Virus record (IMG/VR): IMGVR_UViG_3300037461_000655
Span: 3,053 to 67,052 of that record
Source: a virus
Taxonomy: Duplodnaviria; Caudoviricetes
DNA: 64,000 nt
Reading direction: 5' to 3' (one strand)
Under the pieces are notes generated by a model. It saw only the letters and a list, made by a program, of their open reading frames with translations. It made no database searches and was not told the origin of the DNA. Below are positions 37,393 through 46,687 of the stretch, in pieces. The stretch's first letter is position 1, and each line of letters begins with the position of its first letter. Made by a program: the position numbers and the translations under genes.

Positions 37393-37806
37393 ATGGCGAT
37401 TGTCGCGTTTGATCTCGTTACGTTTCGGGCTCGCTATCCTGAGTTCAGTGCAGTGAGTGATGCTTCTCTGTCAGCTTACTTTTCAGAGGCCACGCTCTAC
37501 TGCAACAACTCAGACGCAAGCTTAATCTGTGATGTGTCTGTGCGTGGCATGATCCTGAACATGCTCGTGGCTCACATCGCTGCCCTGTCTTCTACAGACA
37601 TTGCAGCAACCATGGTTGGTCGAGTGAGTAGCGCAGGCGAAGGCAGCGTCAATGTTTCTACTGCCTACGTTGCACCCTCTGCGGGTCGTGCGTGGCTTGA
37701 TCAAACAAAATACGGTGCATCTGCTTGGCAGGCGATGAGTCCTTACCGACGGGCTTACTACGTTGCTCCATCAACGCAAATTGTTACTGTTATTCCTCAA
37801 GGCTAG
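37393..37806 (+). CDS. Head-tail adaptor (DUF4054 family)
   Basis: FRARYPEF, L..LVAHIA.L, GRVSSA.EGSV.VS, W..QTKYG..AW. Confidence 0.85.
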   Translation: MAIVAFDLVTFRARYPEFSAVSDASLSAYFSEATLYCNNSDASLICDVSVRGMILNMLVAHIAALSSTDIAATMVGRVSSAGEGSVNVSTAYVAPSAGRAWLDQTKYGASAWQAMSPYRRAYYVAPSTQIVTVIPQG

Positions 37807-37809
37807 CAC

Positions 37810-38301
37810 ATGGAAGTTACTCTCATTGGCGGCGAGAAGTTGAAGTCAACCCTCAGCCAAATGGCTGAGAAGGTTGGCGTCAGCACCGTTGTCCGTGTGG
37901 GATTTCTAGAGGGCGCCACCTACCCAGATGGGACATCGGTGGCAGAGGTTGCGATGATCAATGAGTTTGGTGCTCCTGCTGCGCACATCCCGCCTCGTCC
38001 TTTCTTCCGCAATGCAATCTCGCAGAACTCGCCAACATGGGGGAAGCGTATCGCAGCTGCGATGAAACAGTGCAAGCTTGATTCAAAGAAGGCACTAGCA
38101 TTAGTTGGCATGAAGGTCGGAGAACAGATTGTGCGGTCCATTGAGAGCAATACACCGCCTGAGAATGCACCCTCAACTGCAAAACGAAAAGGTTTCAAGG
38201 GTGGTGCAGCCGTAACGCTTCAAGACACAAAGCACATGAAGCGCTCGGTGGAGTATGAGGTCAGCAATGGCGGGGAACGTAAGAAAGTGGAGGCGAAATA
38301 A
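37810..38301 (+). CDS. Neck/tail-completion protein (HK97 gp10-like)
   Basis: RVGF...ATYPDGTSVA.VA.INEFG...IPPRPF.R...NA.ST..RKG....L.DT..M. Confidence 0.75.
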   Translation: MEVTLIGGEKLKSTLSQMAEKVGVSTVVRVGFLEGATYPDGTSVAEVAMINEFGAPAAHIPPRPFFRNAISQNSPTWGKRIAAAMKQCKLDSKKALALVGMKVGEQIVRSIESNTPPENAPSTAKRKGFKGGAAVTLQDTKHMKRSVEYEVSNGGERKKVEAK

Positions 38302-38669
38302 TGGACCTCCACGCATTAGCTTCTCCTATGATTGGTCTCGTCAATCCGCTGATCAGCGCGACCTTATCACGCTGCACAGGTTACACCACAGCAGATGATG
38401 GCACACGTACGCCAACGTATGATACGACTACCGTCATCAGTATCCAACTTCAAGCCATGGATGAAGGGGAGGTCCGACAAATCAACGAGTTAAACATCAG
38501 CGGCACAGTGCGGAAGGTCTACACTAAGGGCACGCTATCCAGCCTTGATCGGAACGCAGGCACAGGTGGGGATCTCTTAGTATTCAGCACTGCAACATGG
38601 TTAGTGGTGCATACCTTCGAACAGTGGCCTGACTGGGTTGCTGTTGCTGTTCAGAAGCAGGTCAGCTAA
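38301..38669 (+). CDS. Head closure/head-tail joining protein
   Basis: MDLH...I..VNP...GY.T..DG.R.P.Y...QLQA...E.WPDW pattern and gene position. Confidence 0.7.
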   Translation: MDLHALASPMIGLVNPLISATLSRCTGYTTADDGTRTPTYDTTTVISIQLQAMDEGEVRQINELNISGTVRKVYTKGTLSSLDRNAGTGGDLLVFSTATWLVVHTFEQWPDWVAVAVQKQVS

Positions 38670-39217
38670 TGGTTGCCACGATTTCTAAAACTGAGAGCCA
38701 AGCCTTCACGGCCTTACGGTCGTGGATCAAGGATGTGCTTCCAGCTGCAGTGGAAGTGGTGCGTGGTGATAACAACCGAGTCCCTTCTCCGAAGAACGAT
38801 TTCGTGGTGCTTAGTCATATTAACAAGCGCATGATTGAATGGCCCACAGAAACTTACACGGATGATTTTGTTGAGACTCTCACGATCACAGGTACGGAGG
38901 TCATTACCAACACACAACCTATCGACTTCTCTATTCAGGTCGATTGCTATGGGGCTAATTCAGGGGATTACAGCACTATGCTCGCTATTCTATGGAGCAC
39001 ATCTCAAGCATGCAGTTTCTTAGATCCATTGGGCATCCAGCCTTTGTACATGGATGACCCCAAGCACGTTCCTTTCATCGATGGGGAAAAACAATACGAG
39101 GAACGGTGGGTCACTACAGCGCACTTGCAATACAACCCGGCGGTATCTACTGCCATGCAGTTCACCTCAACCGCAGAGGTTGAGATCGTCAACGTTGACA
39201 GGACATATCCTGCCTAG
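38669..39217 (+). CDS. Tail terminator/neck protein
   Basis: NNRVP.P...FVV, QVDCYG, PLY.DDP...PFIDGEKQYEERW...LQYNP; upstream of the sheath. Confidence 0.7.
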   Translation: MVATISKTESQAFTALRSWIKDVLPAAVEVVRGDNNRVPSPKNDFVVLSHINKRMIEWPTETYTDDFVETLTITGTEVITNTQPIDFSIQVDCYGANSGDYSTMLAILWSTSQACSFLDPLGIQPLYMDDPKHVPFIDGEKQYEERWVTTAHLQYNPAVSTAMQFTSTAEVEIVNVDRTYPA

Positions 39218-39228
39218 GAGAAAGACCT

Positions 39229-40731
39229 ATGAGCATTCCTGCTTCACAAATCGTCTCCGTTACGCCGTCCGTACTGAGCGCAGGCGGGAACCCGCTCGCT
39301 TTTAACGGTCTCATCCTGAGCACGGCGGCTTCCTTACCTACTGGTGCGCCAACATCCTTCCCAACTGCTGCTTCCGTAGAGACTTACTTCGGTGCAGGGT
39401 CCACAGAAGCAGATATGGCGTCGGTCTACTTTGATGGCTTCGATAATTCCACAATGAAGCCCAGTGCCTTACTCTTCTCACGCTATGCAAGTGCAGCCAT
39501 TGCCGCCTTCAATCGTGCAGGCGCACATGGGCTGACCCTCGCAGAACTGAAGGATACTTCCTCTATTATCGGGATGACCATCGTGACGGATGGCACCTCT
39601 GCTGCGATCACAGGTGTGGACCTCAGTGGCGCGACAAGCTTCTCAGATGCGGCAACATTACTGTCAGCAGCTCTTTCAGGAGCCACAAAGCCCACCATCA
39701 CGTATGATGCTACGTTTGGCGCATTCGTCGCAACTTCTGGAACGACAGGGGTCGATAGCACCATCGCTTATGGCGCGGGCGATCTGGCGACCATCCTGAA
39801 GTTTACGCTGGCTACAGGCGCAACACTCTCCCAAGGTGCGGATGCGACCACACCTGCGGTGCATATGGCTTCGGTTTTGCCTCTGAACCAGAACTGGGTG
39901 AGCTTCACATCAACCTTTGAGCCATCATTGGCAAACAAGGAAGCTTTCGCCACATGGACCGATGGCACAGGTGGGCGGTATATGTACGCCTGCTGGGACA
40001 CAGATGCTAATGCGGTGGCTACACCTGGCATCGCCAATGCGAGCTTCGGACAATGGCTCAATGCGAACGCACCTAACGGAACGACACCAGTTTATTCAGA
40101 TGCGACTAATGGCCCGTTGCATGCGGCATTTATCTGCGGCATTGTTGCAAGTATTGACTTCACTGAGAAGGAAGGTCGAATTACATTAGCCTTCAAATCC
40201 AACTCTGGATTATCTGCCTATGTCACAGACGCGACTATTGCAGCGAACCTCTTATTGAATGGCTATAGCTACTATGGGGCTTACGCTACTGCGAATGATT
40301 CCTTTGTGTGGCTTTACAACGGTCAAGTGAGTGGTGACTATGGCTTCGCGGATAGTTACATCAATGCTTGCTGGTTGAACAATCAGCTTCAGCTTGCAAT
40401 GATGACGCTCTTCGCTAACACCAAGAGCGTTCCTTACAACCCGCTGGGCTATGGCTTCATCCGTGCTGCTGCACAAGACCCAATTGACGCTGCGCTGAAC
40501 TTCGGTGCGATTCGTGCGGGTGTTCCTCTCTCTGCAGCGCAGGTAGCACAAGTTAATGCTGCAGCCGGTCTTGCGATTGACCAGACCCTTTCCAGTCGTG
40601 GTTGGTACTTCCAAGTATCAGCAGCAACAGCACAAGTGCGCGCACTTCGTCAGACGCCTCCGTGCAAGCTTTGGTATATGGACGGTGAAAGTGTTCAGCA
40701 GTTGAACATCGCCTCCATTGACATTCTGTGA
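39229..40731 (+). CDS. Contractile tail sheath protein (DUF3383 family)
   Basis: MSIPASQIV.V.P.VLSAGG, NLLLNGYSYYGAYATAND.F, DSYIN..WLN, L.YMDG.SVQ. Confidence 0.9.
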   Translation: MSIPASQIVSVTPSVLSAGGNPLAFNGLILSTAASLPTGAPTSFPTAASVETYFGAGSTEADMASVYFDGFDNSTMKPSALLFSRYASAAIAAFNRAGAHGLTLAELKDTSSIIGMTIVTDGTSAAITGVDLSGATSFSDAATLLSAALSGATKPTITYDATFGAFVATSGTTGVDSTIAYGAGDLATILKFTLATGATLSQGADATTPAVHMASVLPLNQNWVSFTSTFEPSLANKEAFATWTDGTGGRYMYACWDTDANAVATPGIANASFGQWLNANAPNGTTPVYSDATNGPLHAAFICGIVASIDFTEKEGRITLAFKSNSGLSAYVTDATIAANLLLNGYSYYGAYATANDSFVWLYNGQVSGDYGFADSYINACWLNNQLQLAMMTLFANTKSVPYNPLGYGFIRAAAQDPIDAALNFGAIRAGVPLSAAQVAQVNAAAGLAIDQTLSSRGWYFQVSAATAQVRALRQTPPCKLWYMDGESVQQLNIASIDIL

Positions 40732-40747
40732 TAGGGAGAGATAAACT

Positions 40748-41188
40748 ATGGTCACTACGAAAACAATCACTTCTGCAAACGCGGTCTTTCTCCTGAATAT
40801 CCCAGGAGTCTACAACCAAGTTGTACAGATTCAAGGCTTCTCGACAGACACTGCATTTACTGAGGACTCCATTGCGCCTGCGGAAGCAGTAATGGGCGTG
40901 GATGGTTTTCTTAGTGCAGGGTTAGTGCTCCATCCCACAAAGCAGAAGATCAGTCTTGCTGCTGATAGTGCTAGCGTGACGATCTTTGATCAATGGTATG
41001 AGGCCCAACGTGCAGTACGGGATGTGTTCTTTGCCAATGGTACTATTGAACTGACTAGCTTAGGTAAGACCTATAATCTAACCAAAGGGGTGCTTACCGG
41101 TTACAAACACGTCCCTGATGCCAAGAAGATGTTAGGCAATCAGGAATACGAGATTACTTGGGAAACTATTTCCACAGCACAAGTTTAG
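40748..41188 (+). CDS. Tail tube protein
   Basis: TITSANA.F.L...Q.QGFS.D...MGVDG.LSAG...L.ADS pattern; follows the sheath. Confidence 0.85.
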   Translation: MVTTKTITSANAVFLLNIPGVYNQVVQIQGFSTDTAFTEDSIAPAEAVMGVDGFLSAGLVLHPTKQKISLAADSASVTIFDQWYEAQRAVRDVFFANGTIELTSLGKTYNLTKGVLTGYKHVPDAKKMLGNQEYEITWETISTAQV

Positions 41189-41198
41189 GAGGTAGCTA

Positions 41199-41654
41199 AT
41201 GGCGCGGAGAACGAAGTCAATCACATTGAGTGAGGACAACCGTGATAAGGGCAAGGTTTTCCTGCTCACGGAGATGCCCGCGCATAAGGCTGAGAAGTGG
41301 GCTTGTCGTGCATTGCTTGCGCTCATCAAGTCTGGCGTGCAGATACCAGATGAGATGGCGCAGGCAGGCATGGCGGGCGTTGCTGCCATGGGGTCAAGCT
41401 TCCTTACTTCGATGGGAGGCGTTAAGTGGGCTGAATTGGAGCCCTTATTGGATGAAATGATGACCTGCATGCAGACCATCCCGAGTCCAGGGATTATTAG
41501 GCCCTTGTGTGTTATTGATGGAGCTGAAGACATCGAAGAGGTTAAAACCCTTATTACCTTGCGTAAGGAGGTGCTTGAATTGCACTTGGGTTTTTCCTTA
41601 GCCGAGCGCCTTGCGACCTCGGCTACCAAAGTCCAGGGGGTCCCGACTACGTAA
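41199..41654 (+). CDS. Tail assembly chaperone
   Basis: RDKGKVFLLTEMPA..AEKWA, PLLDEM..C, DIEEV.TL..LR.E..ELHLGF; between tube and tape measure. Confidence 0.85.
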   Translation: MARRTKSITLSEDNRDKGKVFLLTEMPAHKAEKWACRALLALIKSGVQIPDEMAQAGMAGVAAMGSSFLTSMGGVKWAELEPLLDEMMTCMQTIPSPGIIRPLCVIDGAEDIEEVKTLITLRKEVLELHLGFSLAERLATSATKVQGVPTT

Positions 41655-41824
41655 CAAGCGCCAATATCCCTAGCACATTGGTGCCGATCATTATCAAGAA
41701 GCTTGCAACACTTTATGAACTACAAACGATCTACGGTTTGGAGGATGTTTACGACATGCTTGAATTGATCGCTGTAGATAATCGTAATCAGCAGATCGCC
41801 CATGATCATTCGGCACAGGACTAG
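41588..41824 (+). other. Programmed -1 frameshift site G-GGT-TTT (41588-41594) and the frameshift extension of the chaperone
   Basis: X-XXY-YYZ heptamer in frame with the chaperone; the -1 frame stays open to TAG 41824 and encodes LATLYELQTIYGLEDVYDMLE. Confidence 0.8.
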
Positions 41825-41832
41825 GAGAGCAT

Positions 41833-43485
41833 ATGGCAACCGTCATTGATGCCCTCCTAGTCACGTTAGGGCTTGATTCTTCGGAGTTCAAGGAAGGGGT
41901 TAGGGGAGCAACAGAAAGTCTCGAAGGGCTTATCGGTACGTTCGGTGGGCTCTTTGCTATGGTGCAGGGCTGGGGTGAGTTCAAGGAGTTCATTGAGAGC
42001 ACCGTTAAGGGTCGTGCAGAATTAGAGGACCTAGGTTCGCGGTTGAATGTGGCCACGCATGAGCTTCAAGTTTGGCAGAATGCAGCAACTATTGCGACAG
42101 GTTCTGCGAGTGGGCTCAATAGCTCGCTTGAATCACTGAATGGGATGGTGGCCTTGTTGGGTGGTCCCTTAGCTCAGCGAGCTATTAGGCGCTTCCAGAA
42201 CTTTAGCCCTGCATTTACCGAAGCTGCATTGAAAGGTAAGGATGCGCTTCAGGTCTTTGATATGGTCATCGCAACTGCGAACAAGATGCAAGCAGATGGC
42301 AAAGCATCAAACATCATCGCAGCAAAAATGATGCGGATGGGTATTAGCAAAGATGTTGTGGACATGTGGCTTGATGGTAGTGAGGCAATTGCAGACTACC
42401 GAAAACGTGCGGAGGAGCTAGGCACAATTTCACAAGAGAACATTGAAGCATCAGAGAAGCAGGAGCAGAGTTGGAACCAACTCTCGTTAACACTAAAGAA
42501 GGCCAAGGACACTATCTACGATATGCTTGCCCCTGCGATTAAGTGGGTGACAGGTCTGCTCAATGAGTTTGCGCTCTGGGCTAAGAAACATCCACAAGTC
42601 ATTCGCGTTGCGTTCATGGGCATTGCTGCTGCGGTGGGCGTGCTATCATTGGCTTTGGGTCTCTTGGCTGTTAAGGCTGCATTAGCTATGGTCCCTATTG
42701 CTGTGCCTTTACTGGTTATTTCAGTAGCTATCGGGCTCATCGTCGCAGGGATCACCTGGCTTGTGCAGAAGTGGAAGGCTTGGAACGATGCAGGACGCGA
42801 GACAACAACTGTGCTAGGTAAGTTCTTTGCGACTATTACAGAAGTGTTCATGCAGCTTAGAAATACCGTCATGGGCGCCCTTATGTCAATCTGGGATATG
42901 ATCAAGGATTACGTGCAATTGATTCTTGATCAAGTTGAGTTGGTTGCTGCGCTATTCTCGGGTGATGCTGATCGAATTAAGGCTGCATGGAAAACGTTAT
43001 GCCAGCATTTAGGTGAATTTTTTAATACTTTTGTTAAGTTCATTCTTCTAGAAATGGCAATTGGCATTATCAACCTAACGCGCATTTGGGAGAAATTCTT
43101 TAGTTGGATTGAGAAGAAACTCAGGACAACTGCACAGAATATCACAAAGACATTAGTCACAAAAATTGGTGGAGAAGAACTAGGAAAGCAGTACTCAGAA
43201 GCTCTTGACAGAACAAATGCCATCCGTGACAAGCTAAGCCTTACGCAACAACTTGGAATTGGTTGGCAAGGCCTTAAAGCAAAAGTCTCGTTTGGAAAAG
43301 ACGTGCTGACGAGCGGCTACACAGCAGGTCGTCAACGTTATGAGGCTTCACAAAAGACCATTGAAACTAATATTACTAGCCTGGTTGTCAACGCACCTAA
43401 TGCCACAGATTCCAACGCAATCGCAGCTACCATGCAAGAGGCCATTAGTACTCACCCTCTTGTTGCTCAGACTGAGGCAAACTGA
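41833..43485 (+). CDS. Tail tape measure protein (550 aa)
   Basis: MATVIDALLVTLGLD N-terminus, helical composition, central hydrophobic segments, gene position. Confidence 0.88.
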   Translation: MATVIDALLVTLGLDSSEFKEGVRGATESLEGLIGTFGGLFAMVQGWGEFKEFIESTVKGRAELEDLGSRLNVATHELQVWQNAATIATGSASGLNSSLESLNGMVALLGGPLAQRAIRRFQNFSPAFTEAALKGKDALQVFDMVIATANKMQADGKASNIIAAKMMRMGISKDVVDMWLDGSEAIADYRKRAEELGTISQENIEASEKQEQSWNQLSLTLKKAKDTIYDMLAPAIKWVTGLLNEFALWAKKHPQVIRVAFMGIAAAVGVLSLALGLLAVKAALAMVPIAVPLLVISVAIGLIVAGITWLVQKWKAWNDAGRETTTVLGKFFATITEVFMQLRNTVMGALMSIWDMIKDYVQLILDQVELVAALFSGDADRIKAAWKTLCQHLGEFFNTFVKFILLEMAIGIINLTRIWEKFFSWIEKKLRTTAQNITKTLVTKIGGEELGKQYSEALDRTNAIRDKLSLTQQLGIGWQGLKAKVSFGKDVLTSGYTAGRQRYEASQKTIETNITSLVVNAPNATDSNAIAATMQEAISTHPLVAQTEAN

Positions 43486-44087
43486 TGTCCACCCCAACAC
43501 GGAAGCCTTTGATCTCGAATGGGTTCCCCAATGTGTGGGGCATCTTTGATGATAGTTTTGATCCTGTTTTCAATGCGGATACTTATCTTGAAGTTAGTGT
43601 TAAGGCGAAAACAAAGGTCAGCCAATTCCCAGTGGAGCGTGGCGGCTTTGTGGATTACAACAAGGTGCAGGATCCAATTGATATTAAGGCACGCTTCGCC
43701 GTGGGCGGCGACATGTTGCAAATTACATTGATCCTTGTCAAGCTTGAGCTTGAAAAGAATTCTACAAATCTTTATCGCGTGGTCACACCGGGACGGACGT
43801 ATTCAAATATGACGCTCGTGAGCTTCGACTATAAGCGCACCCAGGATAAGGGTCACAACATGATTGTTGCAGACCTTGATCTCACTGAGATTCGTCAAGT
43901 TGATCCTGCATACGCCTCAGTCAAGATTCCTCCCACAAAGGCGAAAGATCCGAACACACCAGAGAAGAAAACAACCGGTCAAGCACAAGCAGAATCAGAA
44001 AATGATAGCCATTGGGCAATAGCTAAAGGCATTGGCTATGGAGATATTTTCAGCACAGCAAGAGAACTGACAGCGAGGCCGAAATGA
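43485..44087 (+). CDS. Baseplate Dit-like/tube initiator protein
   Basis: S.FPVE.G.F.DYNKV..P, V.TP..TY.NM.L, DL.EIRQV. Confidence 0.8.
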   Translation: MSTPTRKPLISNGFPNVWGIFDDSFDPVFNADTYLEVSVKAKTKVSQFPVERGGFVDYNKVQDPIDIKARFAVGGDMLQITLILVKLELEKNSTNLYRVVTPGRTYSNMTLVSFDYKRTQDKGHNMIVADLDLTEIRQVDPAYASVKIPPTKAKDPNTPEKKTTGQAQAESENDSHWAIAKGIGYGDIFSTARELTARPK

Positions 44088-45787
44088 TTTATTGCGATCT
44101 CTCTGTTGATGGAACAATTATTTGGACAGGCGTGCCATGTCTTAATAAGGTAAGCATTAACACGCATGCATATCTTGGGTTTTCCGGTGAACTATTCTTC
44201 TATGATGGCTTTGGAGAACTTGATCCAGAGTATGCAGAGTTTGGTGCTCGTTATTTCTTAGTCTACGCACCAGATGATACTTCTGATGTGTTCAACATAC
44301 CTCTCCAAGCAATCTCAGCGCAGACCCTTAATGTTGTGCTGGGTGGGCAGAACTGCACACTCTCGATCTACTACAAGGATGCACCCGATCTTTCGCACCC
44401 TGGTCCAGCTGTGTCGTGGGATTGCCCATCAGTCTTAGTTGCGGATCAGTATCTTCTAACGTCGGTGACGGTTACCGCACCGGCAGGATGTGAGTTTGAT
44501 TGGTCGATCTACATCCCAGCACAGGACGATGCGAATGCAGCAATCTTTGTGAATATGGATGGTTACACTAGTTTGGTCTACCCCCATGTTGGAGGATGTA
44601 AGCGTGTTCATATGGGCGTGGATGCTAACCTCGGAGACCTAGAGATCACAGGTGTAAACGAAGACTACAGCTTCTTCATGTATCTGATTTGTGATGTGTA
44701 TCTTGATGGCGGAGTTACACGCCTCTTTCAAAAGATCACTGTGACGGGCAGCGCTGTAGTAGCCAGTGCCTTTTACTTATTGAATCCTTACAACTACGGT
44801 GCGGTGGCCACTGCGCGTATCAAAGACAGAATGTTCTACGCGACAGCCTATAGCATAATCAGTGTGTGGGATGGTGAGACATTATCTGAATGGAGCACCC
44901 TGACAGGAAATATGTATCAAGATTTGAGTATGAGTGATGATTACATATATGCTTTCCAGGATGTGGGTGGCGCCAACGGCTCTGATCTAGTCAAACGTGC
45001 AGTAAACGCAGATCCAGGAGATGATTGGGCTTCTGTGTTAACTGCCCTTGAGATTCTTACGCTGGTGGAGGAGAGTGTTGAGGAAACTGTGTTCCCGGCA
45101 CATTATCTCGTTGACGCGGACGGAATGCTCTATATACCTATCACAGTGTCAGGGGATCCTGGCGCATATTACTTGCTCTATGGGGAGGAAGATGCGCTCG
45201 CCGTCATTGAACGAACAGCTCCACAGGACTTCGCACCTGTGCTTTATTGGGCAGGTCCTAATCAAACAGTCCCAGGCTGGGTAGAGACTCTTGATACGGA
45301 GTTAATAGGCGCACAGTACTATTACTGGGAAGATGGGTTAAGTGCTCCTGTAGAGTTGGCACTCCCAGCAGGTCATGTGTGGACTTCCACAGCCAAAGTC
45401 TATTTCACAAATGACACTTGGTTCTTCATTGGTTCAGAGTATGGAACAGGTGCCTATTATATTTATACCCAAGCTATTGGCGGCGCATGGGTTGATGTTT
45501 CTTCTAACTTTGATGAAACTACACTCAGCAGCATCATCAATCACAACTGGATCATCCCACTTTCAGACGGAACTCTTTTGGTTGGGTTTGATGGAAATAG
45601 TGCTTCACGATTGGACGGATCAACTTTTGTGGCTGCACTAGTTTATAGCGAGGAGGAAGAGAGCTATTTCTTTGATGGGCAGGCACTCATTTTATTGGGA
45701 GTAGCTGAGTATTCAATAAATGCTATCGAGAACATTTGTGAGCTTGAAGATGGATCAATTTTCTTCCCATGTAGTTCAGGGGGATAA
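44084..45787 (+). CDS. Baseplate plug-like domain (apparently circularly permuted) fused to a long acidic beta-rich extension
   Basis: DL.VDG....GVPCL...YLGFSGELFFYD..G..DP.Y...G.RY.LVY precedes IPLQAISAQTLNVVLGGQNCTLSIY; located between Dit-like and hub genes. Confidence 0.65.
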   Translation: MIYCDLSVDGTIIWTGVPCLNKVSINTHAYLGFSGELFFYDGFGELDPEYAEFGARYFLVYAPDDTSDVFNIPLQAISAQTLNVVLGGQNCTLSIYYKDAPDLSHPGPAVSWDCPSVLVADQYLLTSVTVTAPAGCEFDWSIYIPAQDDANAAIFVNMDGYTSLVYPHVGGCKRVHMGVDANLGDLEITGVNEDYSFFMYLICDVYLDGGVTRLFQKITVTGSAVVASAFYLLNPYNYGAVATARIKDRMFYATAYSIISVWDGETLSEWSTLTGNMYQDLSMSDDYIYAFQDVGGANGSDLVKRAVNADPGDDWASVLTALEILTLVEESVEETVFPAHYLVDADGMLYIPITVSGDPGAYYLLYGEEDALAVIERTAPQDFAPVLYWAGPNQTVPGWVETLDTELIGAQYYYWEDGLSAPVELALPAGHVWTSTAKVYFTNDTWFFIGSEYGTGAYYIYTQAIGGAWVDVSSNFDETTLSSIINHNWIIPLSDGTLLVGFDGNSASRLDGSTFVAALVYSEEEESYFFDGQALILLGVAEYSINAIENICELEDGSIFFPCSSGG

Positions 45788-46687
45788 ATGACAACTAGCT
45801 CTTTCACCAAGAAACGCATCCAGGTCTGGCTCACGCTAGGCCAAGGGGCGTTTGGCGAAGGGAAGGGCAACACGAAAATTATCGATGGGCTACGAGTTGA
45901 CTGTATGGTTGAAAAGTCTGGCCACCCATCTAAGAACAAGTGCAAATTGCGCATTTACGGGATGCTTGAGCACGACATGACAGAGTTGACGCAACCTGAG
46001 TTCGCACCCCTAGCTGTCCGCAAGAATCTTATCAAGGTCTTTGCCGGAGATGTTGATCCATTACCTGTGGCCTACGCTGGGAACATCACGGGTGCCTGGG
46101 CTGTGTATCATAGCCCGCCCAATTTGTACTTCCACATCGAAGCACTAGAAGGCTACTACCCTGCCGTCGCACCAGCCCCTGCAAAGAGCTATAGTGGTGC
46201 GACGGATGTTTCCTCGGTAATGAAGCGCTTAGCAGCAGAGATGGGCTATGAGTTTGAAGATGGTGGTGTCTCAACCATGATCGCATCACCTTATCTCAGT
46301 GGGTCAGCTTATCAGCAAGCCTCGCAACTCGCTGAAGCAGCGAATCTTGAGTTTGGTATTGATGATGGAACGCTATTCATTGCGCCGCGCGGCGCGCCTC
46401 GTGGAGGGGCGAGTGGTAACGCAGTGCTTCTCTCACCCAGCACAGGCCTCAAAGGCTACCCTGTACTCGGCAAGAAGGGCCTCTCTCTTGAGTGCCTTTA
46501 CAACCCGACACTGAAGCTCGGCGGACTCGTCAAGGTTGAGAGCATGCTACCAGCAACTTCAGGTGTATGGCGCGTGACAGCACTTCATCACCACCTTGAA
46601 TCAGAGCACCCTGGTGGGAAGTGGCTTTCGAAGCTTAAGACCGCACGTGTCACCGGAGCATCTTCTACTTCTGAGGAGGTTGACTAA
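45788..46687 (+). CDS. Baseplate hub protein
   Basis: GLRVDC.VEK.G, L.IYGM, AG..D.L...Y.G.I..AW, LS..TGL.GYP, CLYNP.L..GG.V. Confidence 0.8.
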   Translation: MTTSSFTKKRIQVWLTLGQGAFGEGKGNTKIIDGLRVDCMVEKSGHPSKNKCKLRIYGMLEHDMTELTQPEFAPLAVRKNLIKVFAGDVDPLPVAYAGNITGAWAVYHSPPNLYFHIEALEGYYPAVAPAPAKSYSGATDVSSVMKRLAAEMGYEFEDGGVSTMIASPYLSGSAYQQASQLAEAANLEFGIDDGTLFIAPRGAPRGGASGNAVLLSPSTGLKGYPVLGKKGLSLECLYNPTLKLGGLVKVESMLPATSGVWRVTALHHHLESEHPGGKWLSKLKTARVTGASSTSEEVD

